From a virus (Duplodnaviria > Caudoviricetes): DNA of 37,315 nt. The notes beneath the pieces are model-generated. The model saw nothing but the letters and a program-made list of their open reading frames with translations. It was not told the origin of the DNA and made no database searches. A program made the translations under genes and the position numbers. The stretch spans positions 1 to 37,315 of the IMG/VR virus record IMGVR_UViG_3300037461_001042. One strand, written 5' to 3'. How positions within the stretch are numbered: the first letter of the stretch is position 1; the number at the start of each line of letters is the position of its first letter. This document shows, piece by piece, positions 1 to 7,231 of this stretch.

Positions 1-206
1 CGGGGCTTGTCGGCAGCGGATCGGGGGCGACTCCGACCGGGATTCTCAACACCTCGGGCGTAGGCGATCAGAGCTGTGCCGGATCATATCCGGATTATGA
101 CGATCTTCTCGCGATCTGGAGCGATGTCGGCGTCAGCAACGCGGCGATCGGTTCGCTTGCGTGGGTGTTCAACGCGAAAATGGCCGCGACGCTCAAGCAG
201 GTATAT
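1..206. repeat. Terminal direct repeat (circular assembly overlap), copy 1
   Basis: 1-206 is identical to 37110-37315 except C79 vs A37188. Confidence 0.97.
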
Positions 207-530
207 CCGAACACGACCGGCGGCGATACTCCGGTGCTCGAGGGTGACATCATGAACGGTACAATCCTCGGGATCCCGGCCCTGGTGTCGAACCAGATCG
301 CGAATACGTTCGGTTCGGGCGACACTTCGACGAGCGGCGCGCTCACCGCGATCATTTTCGGCAATTTCGCGGACTGCATCATCGGCCAGTGGTCCGGGGT
401 TGACGTCATCGTCGATCCGTATTCCAATTCGACCACCGGCGCCGTGAGGATCTCGATGTTCCAGGAAGCGGACATTGCGATCAGACATGCTGAATCTTTC
501 AGCCAGACGTCAAATGCGGCGACGAAGTAA
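1..530 (+). CDS. C-terminal part of prohead protease-major capsid fusion (continues from 35774 across the circular junction)
   Basis: Same frame as the ORF running off the right end; HK97-fold capsid C-terminus IIFGNFADCIIGQWSGVDVIVDPY...DIAIRHAESF. Confidence 0.92.
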   Translation, partial: GLVGSGSGATPTGILNTSGVGDQSCAGSYPDYDDLLAIWSDVGVSNAAIGSLAWVFNAKMAATLKQVYPNTTGGDTPVLEGDIMNGTILGIPALVSNQIANTFGSGDTSTSGALTAIIFGNFADCIIGQWSGVDVIVDPYSNSTTGAVRISMFQEADIAIRHAESFSQTSNAATK

Positions 531-547
531 GGTAAGGGGGTAGCGAT

Positions 548-1423
548 ATGGCACTCTCAAACCCTCGCGGACAGTTTGGCGTTCATTCTGTCTGCCTCTA
601 TGACAGGGATACTGGGATTCCGCTCTCGTATCTCAGGGTCGTGGGGAAATGCGAGATCAACTTTGAGGCCGATTTTTCGGACCTCACCGGCGGATCGCAG
701 ATGTACCCTTATGACTCTGAGGTCACGAAGATCGGTTCCGATATATCGTTCACTGCGCGCGAATATGACGCGGGGACGATGGAGCTCCTCATGGGAGGGG
801 CTCTCACCGAGAACGGCGCAGAGGCGACCGGCGCAATCGATGGATTTGACAACGTCAAAGGCACGAGCGTCAAAAGTGCATCGACCGGGATCGCGACCGT
901 CTCCGTTACGAGCGGAGACAGCGCGGACCTGAAGGAAGGCAAGTACATCATCAAGGCGACTGCGGCAAAAGCGGCTACGGTTTACGCTTTGACAGATGTG
1001 GACTTCAGTAACGGCACCGATGCGACGTTCACCGACGACACTATGGCGATCGGCACGATCGATCTGACGAGTGGCGCGGCGACGCTTGCAGCTTTCGGGC
1101 TCACGTTTACGCCCGGATCCGGCACGACGGCGTTTGTCACGAACGACACCGCTGAATTCTACGTCCGCAAGGCGAACGCCAGCTCGGTTGAGCTCGTGTT
1201 CGGCCAGGCGGCCGCTGAATTCACGAAGGTCGGGATCATTCTCGCCGGCCAGAAGCAGTCTGACGGGTCCATAAGCTATATGGAGCTGTACAATTGCCTG
1301 GCGGCAGGGATGCCCATAGGGTTCAATGAAAAAGCGTGGAGCGACTGGTCGATCAAGATCAAGGCGCTGTACGATTCGGACAAAGACGCGATCGGATGCT
1401 TCAGAAGGACGATCGCAGTGTAA
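548..1423 (+). CDS. Probable major tail tube protein
   Basis: 291 aa, Thr/Ala/Gly-rich, strong RBS, followed by a terminator; the only tube-like candidate in a genome with chaperone and tape measure genes. Confidence 0.6.
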   Translation: MALSNPRGQFGVHSVCLYDRDTGIPLSYLRVVGKCEINFEADFSDLTGGSQMYPYDSEVTKIGSDISFTAREYDAGTMELLMGGALTENGAEATGAIDGFDNVKGTSVKSASTGIATVSVTSGDSADLKEGKYIIKATAAKAATVYALTDVDFSNGTDATFTDDTMAIGTIDLTSGAATLAAFGLTFTPGSGTTAFVTNDTAEFYVRKANASSVELVFGQAAAEFTKVGIILAGQKQSDGSISYMELYNCLAAGMPIGFNEKAWSDWSIKIKALYDSDKDAIGCFRRTIAV

Positions 1424-1438
1424 GAAAAGAGTAAAATC

Positions 1439-1467
1439 AAGAGGCGGGACCACCACCGCCTCTTTTT
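1439..1467 (+). terminator. Rho-independent terminator
   Basis: AAGAGGCGG-8 nt loop-CCGCCTCTT followed by TTT. Confidence 0.8.
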
Positions 1468-1475
1468 AAACACTT

Positions 1476-2351
1476 ATGGAAATTGAAAGAGTAAGAACAG
1501 AAACCGAAAGGTTGAGGGACGACATGTTCGAGTTCGGTCGGATCATATATACGGGCCGCCGAAAATCGAAATTCAAGATCGGCCTGTTTTTCCGCATCAT
1601 TCATCCTGGGGATATCATCGAGCTGACGATACCTGAATGCGATGAGATGTGCCGGAACCATTCGTTCAAGCCGTACAATCTGGAGACGACGCGGGCGATT
1701 CGTTTTTATCAAACTCCGCCCGGGATGTTCAGCCTGATAAATGGTTTTTTGAAGGGCCGGCGGTGCTTCATCATTGGGCGCGGCAGCAGTCTCATCGGGT
1801 TCGATTTCAGCATTTTGAAAAATGAGTACGTGATCGTATGCAACGAGGCGTTGCTGTCATATCCGCAGGCGGACGCGATCGTGTTCTGTGATCGGTCGCT
1901 GTGGGTCAACAACAAGGATATGCTGGCGAAATTCGACGGATGGATTTTGGCCGCGGAACGTACCGGATACTATGACGTTGACCGGCGTAAAAATGTCATC
2001 ATTTTCCCGCTGGGCAATCTGGGATGCGGGCAACGTGTCGAGGACGGCATGTACTGCGGAGCGTCGTCGGCGATGCTCGCAATCAATATCGCCGAATGTA
2101 TGCAGGCATCCGAGGTCTATCTTCTCGGGCTGGATCTCAATGTGCAGGCCGATCGGAAGTATTTTGACAATTTCACCGATGAGCCGAAGCATTATTCTGA
2201 CAATTCATGGGTGCGCGAGCACCTCAAAATGTATCACGAACATTTTCGTCAATATACCAATGTGTACAATTGCAATCCGAAAAGCGCGATAAAGACATTC
2301 CCTTTCGTGAATGTAAAGGACGTGATAAATGCGGCTGATCAAGTTGCTTGA
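1476..2351 (+). CDS. Maf/DUF115 (MptE-like, GT42-related) putative nonulosonate transferase
   Basis: Motifs RCFIIGRGSSL, VIVCN, AIVFCD, SSAMLAINIA, EVYLLGLDL, VYNCN. Confidence 0.65.
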   Translation: MEIERVRTETERLRDDMFEFGRIIYTGRRKSKFKIGLFFRIIHPGDIIELTIPECDEMCRNHSFKPYNLETTRAIRFYQTPPGMFSLINGFLKGRRCFIIGRGSSLIGFDFSILKNEYVIVCNEALLSYPQADAIVFCDRSLWVNNKDMLAKFDGWILAAERTGYYDVDRRKNVIIFPLGNLGCGQRVEDGMYCGASSAMLAINIAECMQASEVYLLGLDLNVQADRKYFDNFTDEPKHYSDNSWVREHLKMYHEHFRQYTNVYNCNPKSAIKTFPFVNVKDVINAADQVA

Positions 2352-2862
2352 TTTAATTGGTTTTCAAAATGATGTTCTAAAAAATTTCGCAATCGATGAG
2401 AAATTGAACCGTGACATCAGTCTTGATAATAACGTTATAATCAAGGAAATCTATAATTTACAAAACGAAATTTTATCCGGGAACTTTGGGAATCCCGGAG
2501 GCGATCTTATTCATGCACTGATGGTCATTCAGCGCATGATCTGCGGCGTCGAATTGTACCCGACTGCAAAAATAGGAGAGAACTTTGAGGTTATTCATGG
2601 CGGCGGCGTTGTAATCGCAGGGACTGCGGTGATCGGCGACAACGTGAAGATATTCAGCGGCGTCGTAATAGGGGACCGCGCCGGGAAAATGGCGGCCCCG
2701 AAGATCGGGAACAACGTGACGATTTATGCGAATTCGACCGTTTATGGTGACATCACTATAGGGGATGATGTGGTCATCGGCGCGAACTCGAGCGTCGGGG
2801 TGAGTATTCCCGCCGGCATGATGGTCCTCGGCGGTCCCGATAATGTGAGGCCGAAATGTTGA
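2329..2862 (+). CDS. Hexapeptide-repeat (CysE-like) acetyltransferase
   Basis: Left-handed beta-helix repeats AKIGEN, AVIGDNVKIFSGVVIG, PKIGNNVTIYANSTVYGDITIGDDVVIGANSSV. Confidence 0.85.
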   Translation: MRLIKLLDLIGFQNDVLKNFAIDEKLNRDISLDNNVIIKEIYNLQNEILSGNFGNPGGDLIHALMVIQRMICGVELYPTAKIGENFEVIHGGGVVIAGTAVIGDNVKIFSGVVIGDRAGKMAAPKIGNNVTIYANSTVYGDITIGDDVVIGANSSVGVSIPAGMMVLGGPDNVRPKC

Positions 2863-3707
2863 ATCGTTTGTTTTTAAGAAGTGACAACCGTGACATCACT
2901 ACGATCGCCGAAATTGGGATAAATCATAATGGTGATATAAATATCGCGAAACGGCTTATCGATATCGCGAAATTTGCCGGGTTTAATTTCGTAAAATTTC
3001 AGAAGCGGAATCCGGAGAAGTGTGTCCCGGAGCATAAAAAGAACGAACTCAAAGACACGCCCTGGGGAAAAATCACATACCTTGAATACAAGAAGAAAAT
3101 TGAATTCGGTCTTGAGGATTACATCGAACTTTCAAATTACTCGAAGGATCTCGGGATCCAGTTTTTTGCCTCGGTGTGGGACCTCGACAGCGCTGAGTTT
3201 ATGCGTAATTTTACCGATATCGTGAAGATCCCTTCGGCATTGATCACGGACATTGCTCTTCTTGAGTATTGCCGGGATCATTTCAAATATCGGCTGATGT
3301 CAACAGGGATGAGCACCGAGGACGAGATCACCGCTGCGGTCAGGGTGTTCGAGCCTCATGTAATTTTTCACTGCAATTCAAGTTATCCGGCCCGGCCGGA
3401 TGAATTGAACCTCAGATACATCGAATGGCTCAAGAACAAATATCCGAAAACAAACATCGGATATTCAGGGCATGAATACGGCATTGAAACGACATATCTG
3501 GCGGTTGCTTTCGGGGCCACCTGGATCGAGAGGCACGTCACTCTCGAGCATTATATGTGGGGATCAGATCAATACTGTTCACTTGAGCCGGAAGGCATGA
3601 TCAAGCTGGTTCGCGGGCTGAAAAATGCTGCGGTTTCACTGGGAGAATGCCGGGCCCGTGTAGTATATGATTCCGAGCTCGGTAAAAGGAGTGATCTCAG
3701 AAAATGA
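2856..3707 (+). CDS. neuB: N-acetylneuraminate (nonulosonate) synthase family, short form without C-terminal SAF/AFP domain
   Basis: IAEIGINHNGD, VKFQKR, KIPSA, STGMST, HCNSSYP, GYSGHE, IERHVTL, GSDQ motifs. Confidence 0.95.
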   Translation: MLNRLFLRSDNRDITTIAEIGINHNGDINIAKRLIDIAKFAGFNFVKFQKRNPEKCVPEHKKNELKDTPWGKITYLEYKKKIEFGLEDYIELSNYSKDLGIQFFASVWDLDSAEFMRNFTDIVKIPSALITDIALLEYCRDHFKYRLMSTGMSTEDEITAAVRVFEPHVIFHCNSSYPARPDELNLRYIEWLKNKYPKTNIGYSGHEYGIETTYLAVAFGATWIERHVTLEHYMWGSDQYCSLEPEGMIKLVRGLKNAAVSLGECRARVVYDSELGKRSDLRK

Positions 3708-3994
3708 TTTTGAGTGTGGACATTGACGGTACGATTTTCGATAGCGAATTACTCGAAGGAGAATACTGGATAAACAAAGTGAATCAGCATCTCATTCTGA
3801 AACTCAATTCGCTTTTCGAGGCAGGTGTTCAGATTATAATTCATACTGGCCGGCATTGGAACCATATGGATCTGACGAAGCGGCAGCTCGATCATTATGG
3901 AGTGAAATATACCACTCTGGTAATGGGCAAACCTGTTGCGGATCATTATATCGACGATAAGGCGGTGAGACCTGATGAGTTTCTTGGAAGATGA
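3704..3994 (+). CDS. Small HAD-family phosphatase (capsule-biosynthesis type)
   Basis: DIDGTI, HTGR, MGKP, YIDDKA HAD motifs I-IV. Confidence 0.85.
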   Translation: MILSVDIDGTIFDSELLEGEYWINKVNQHLILKLNSLFEAGVQIIIHTGRHWNHMDLTKRQLDHYGVKYTTLVMGKPVADHYIDDKAVRPDEFLGR

Positions 3995-4313
3995 TCTCGA
4001 CGATCTGTTTGACGATTTTGCAGTCGATGTCGTGCTCGTGAATTATCCTGAGAGTTCATCGACCGGATCGACCGGCAGCGCGGTGTCGTCAACCGACACG
4101 ACCATCCAGGGGATATTCGACGATGCGCAGAAGGTCATGGACCAGCTCACCGGGCAGATGGTGACGGCGAGGCCGCAGGTCACGGTGAAATCGAGCGACG
4201 TGACCAGGCTTCTCAGGCGTGCGATCGTCCGCGTCGGACTGACTGATTATTTCGTCAACGACATCCTCGATGACGGGACGGGAATCACAGTTTTGCAGTT
4301 GAGTGAAAAATGA
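3975..4313 (+). CDS. Head-tail joining protein (lambda gpFII-like)
   Basis: IQGIFD...PQVTVKSSDV...YFVNDILDDGTGITVLQL pattern; position. Confidence 0.75.
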   Translation: MSFLEDDLDDLFDDFAVDVVLVNYPESSSTGSTGSAVSSTDTTIQGIFDDAQKVMDQLTGQMVTARPQVTVKSSDVTRLLRRAIVRVGLTDYFVNDILDDGTGITVLQLSEK

Positions 4314-4768
4314 GTAATACAATCAGACAGAACATTATCACGGCCCTCAAGACCAGGATGCAGACCATAAGGATCGGAAACGGATACAATACCGATGCCG
4401 GCATGAATGTGTTCGACTGGTTGGAGTACTCGACCGACGCGACGGTCCGGCCGGCGATTATAATCCGGGATACCGACGACAGTGTTGAAGAGTACGGGGC
4501 CCATGTGAAGGATAGGAAACTATCGGTCGAGATACTCATCCAGACGGACGGATCTGATGCCGTGAAGGATGCCAGGTCCATCATAGGCGACGTAGAGAAG
4601 GTGCTCGGGACCGATGAAACGCTCGGTGGGTATTGTTATGCAGCCGAGGACGCCGGCAATGAGATGGAATCGAAGCATGAAGAGGATATTCTGGTGACGG
4701 CGAAGATAAAGCTCATGCTGCACTACAGAACGGGTCTCTGGGATCCGTATACCACGATAAATTGTTAA
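4310..4768 (+). CDS. Tail terminator/completion protein
   Basis: IRQNIITALKTRMQTI...DVEKVLGTDETLGG pattern; position. Confidence 0.7.
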   Translation: MSNTIRQNIITALKTRMQTIRIGNGYNTDAGMNVFDWLEYSTDATVRPAIIIRDTDDSVEEYGAHVKDRKLSVEILIQTDGSDAVKDARSIIGDVEKVLGTDETLGGYCYAAEDAGNEMESKHEEDILVTAKIKLMLHYRTGLWDPYTTINC

Positions 4769-4777
4769 GGGGGATTC

Positions 4778-5110
4778 ATGGCGACGGTTAAAATAGCAGG
4801 AAAGGAAAGAAAGATTCGGATTGGATATGGAAAGACCAGGTACATCCTGGGGAAATATCTCGATAAGTTCCAGAAGGCGAAAACTGACGAGAAAGAGACG
4901 TTCAATCCCGGAGACGATTTTTTCATCGATATCATCTGGACGAACTTGACGCGGCGGTGGTTCGGTCTGAAACCGTTTATCACGAAAACGCGCATGAGAA
5001 ATGCGATCGGATATAAGGAACTCGGCGACGCGGCATTGTATATCAACGAGGAAATTTTTGGGAAGCAGGAAGCCAGGGAGGATAGGGAGCCGGGAAAGGC
5101 GGGAAAGTAA
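4778..5110 (+). CDS. Tail assembly chaperone (gpG-like)
   Basis: Upstream of tape measure; ends in two in-frame G-GGA-AAG slippery heptamers. Confidence 0.75.
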   Translation: MATVKIAGKERKIRIGYGKTRYILGKYLDKFQKAKTDEKETFNPGDDFFIDIIWTNLTRRWFGLKPFITKTRMRNAIGYKELGDAALYINEEIFGKQEAREDREPGKAGK

Positions 5111-5532
5111 GGTGGGTCGATTTCTTTCAGGGCGCGGTCGATTCGCTTGATGAAATTTACTATATCCTGAGAAGGCATTTTAATTTCACGCACGGGGAGA
5201 TTCAGGAGGGTAGGATATCAGACCTGAAGAAACTCACCGGGCAGTACATCGCCGAGAAGACCGATCGCGAAATATTCGAGATCCGGCTTTCCGGCGGGGA
5301 TCCCGAGAAGACCGAATATTATGCGTCATATATCGACAGAATCAGGAAGCGGCAGAACGTAGAGCATGAACGCCTTGATCCTGACGAGGCGATTGAATAC
5401 AAGAACTTATTTGATGGAGCATTGAAACAAATTGGCGGACAAAGAAGTAACAGTAAAACTCGGGCTCGACAGCAGAGACTACGAGTCAAAGATCGCAAAG
5501 GCGGCGCAGGCAACAAAGGGCATACAGGCTAA
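5101..5532 (+). CDS. -1 frameshift extension of tail chaperone (gpT-like), not in ORF track
   Basis: -1 frame is open from the slippery site (GKVRWVDFFQGAVDSLDEIYYILRRHFNFTHGEI...) to TAA 5530-5532 with no early start codon. Confidence 0.8.
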   Translation, partial: GKVRWVDFFQGAVDSLDEIYYILRRHFNFTHGEIQEGRISDLKKLTGQYIAEKTDREIFEIRLSGGDPEKTEYYASYIDRIRKRQNVEHERLDPDEAIEYKNLFDGALKQIGGQRSNSKTRARQQRLRVKDRKGGAGNKGHTG

Positions 5533-7231
5533 CTGGGCGCAGGCGGCGTCCGGCGTGCGCGATCTGGCCGGGATGGTCGGGGTCGCGGTCGAGAAGGTCG
5601 GGGAGTTTGTGAAATACGCCGGTAAAATCGATTCCGTGAGCTCGGCGTTCAATTCCCTGGCTGCGTCTGCCGGGAAAAGCGGTCAATCCATCATTGAAGG
5701 CATGACGAAGGCCACACGCGGGACCGTGGATACCATGAAAGAGATGGAGGCCGCGAACCTTGCCATCAATCTCATGGGATCACAGGTCGTGACGAAACTG
5801 CCGATGCTCGCGGAGATCGCCATGGCAGCGGCCCGGTCGAGCGGGAAAGAAGTCTCCGAGATGTTGAACGACGTTATCGTCGCGTCCGGCCGGCAGTCGG
5901 TCATGATCCTCGACAACCTTGGAATATCCTCATCCGTCGCCGCGAAATACCAGGAAGAGTATGCCAGGAAGCTCGGAAAGACAAGGGAGCAGCTCGACGA
6001 GACGCAGAAGTCCGCGGCGTTTTTCTATGCCGTCGAGAAAGCCGGTGGCGAGCTGGTCCAGAAGATGAACCTGGATACGTTGACGCTGGGTGAAAATCTA
6101 CAGAAACTCGGTGCAACGAGCAAGAATGTGGCGGATGATTTCACCACAAAATTAAATCCAGCCTTGAATAATCTGGCACAGGATGCGAATAGAAGTTCAG
6201 GAATATTCCGTGAAATGGGGACTGTTCTTGGTGATGAAGTCGGGAAAAGATTGGCACGGCTGCGAGTCAACGTCTATGAAGCGTCGGCTTCTTTTTTCGA
6301 AATGCAAAAGAATTGGGACCAGTGGAAGATGGGAATGGCCATTTACTGGAAAATGGACGAAGAAACTCAGGAAAAATTGAAATATAATTTCGCTTTATCT
6401 TCAGTGAAACTTGAGTACATGAATAAAAAGGTAAACGAAGCCTCTGATTCTTATAATAACTATGGACAGGTTGCAACAATTGCAAACAAAAACATTGCAA
6501 CAGCCGCAGCCGCCGCAGCTATTGCGGGCCCGAAAAAAGATGACGCCCTGTTTGATGAATATGTCAAGAAAAAGGAAATGCTTGGTGAATATTCGAATTA
6601 TAAATTGAGCGTTGACGATTTTCTTCTGCAAAAAGAACAGGATTGGAACAATCAATCAATCGCATATTATGGCCAGGTGATCGATGCGAAGATGGGCCTT
6701 GACCGTCAATACTGGCAGAATGTTGCCGGTGTGACCAGCACTGCATCTGTATTCATGGCCGAAAGCAACAAAGGACTTTTCAGATTCGGTCAGGGCCTCG
6801 CGGTCGGTGAAGCGATTATCAACTCACATCTCGCGGCAACGAAAGCCCTCGCACAGCTGGGGACATTCGGTGGGCCGGTCGCTGCGGCCATCATCTACGC
6901 CGCGGGGATCCTCAGAGTGAAGCAGATCGCGGCCCAGAAACCACCAGAACCTCCGAAACAGAACACACCGAAGTTCGAAGAAGGCGTAATCGGGATCCAG
7001 CACGACACTTTCGCGCAGATACATAAGGGCGAGACAGTGGTTCCGAAGACGTTTACTGATGCGATAAAGGCCGGCGAAATGGCTCTCTCGGGGCCTGGGA
7101 CATCATCGGCGAGGGTCATTCAGCTGGTGGTTGATGGAAAGGTGCTCAGCGAGATAACCGATGATCACCGCGAGAAGACCGCCCGCAGGATGGGGCGCAG
7201 CAATTACGGCGGCACGGGGGTATACAATTGA
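5432..7231 (+). CDS. Tape measure protein
   Basis: 599 aa, Ala-rich helical; GRQSVMILDNLGI motif; C-terminal FEEG...AQIHKGETVVP. Confidence 0.9.
   Translation: MADKEVTVKLGLDSRDYESKIAKAAQATKGIQANWAQAASGVRDLAGMVGVAVEKVGEFVKYAGKIDSVSSAFNSLAASAGKSGQSIIEGMTKATRGTVDTMKEMEAANLAINLMGSQVVTKLPMLAEIAMAAARSSGKEVSEMLNDVIVASGRQSVMILDNLGISSSVAAKYQEEYARKLGKTREQLDETQKSAAFFYAVEKAGGELVQKMNLDTLTLGENLQKLGATSKNVADDFTTKLNPALNNLAQDANRSSGIFREMGTVLGDEVGKRLARLRVNVYEASASFFEMQKNWDQWKMGMAIYWKMDEETQEKLKYNFALSSVKLEYMNKKVNEASDSYNNYGQVATIANKNIATAAAAAAIAGPKKDDALFDEYVKKKEMLGEYSNYKLSVDDFLLQKEQDWNNQSIAYYGQVIDAKMGLDRQYWQNVAGVTSTASVFMAESNKGLFRFGQGLAVGEAIINSHLAATKALAQLGTFGGPVAAAIIYAAGILRVKQIAAQKPPEPPKQNTPKFEEGVIGIQHDTFAQIHKGETVVPKTFTDAIKAGEMALSGPGTSSARVIQLVVDGKVLSEITDDHREKTARRMGRSNYGGTGVYN

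Noticed and set aside
1-206. Biological terminal repeats of a linear virion genome
   Set aside because: The repeat falls mid-capsid gene and the terminase is cos-type, so assembly overlap is the simpler explanation.
557-1456. Long antisense ORFs (also 26998-27777, 13958-14503 and many others in the track)
   Set aside because: Shadow frames of well-supported genes, with no motifs or RBS.
2329-2862. True cysE auxiliary metabolic gene
   Set aside because: The N-terminal part is short and atypical, and the sugar-gene context favours a glycan acetyltransferase.
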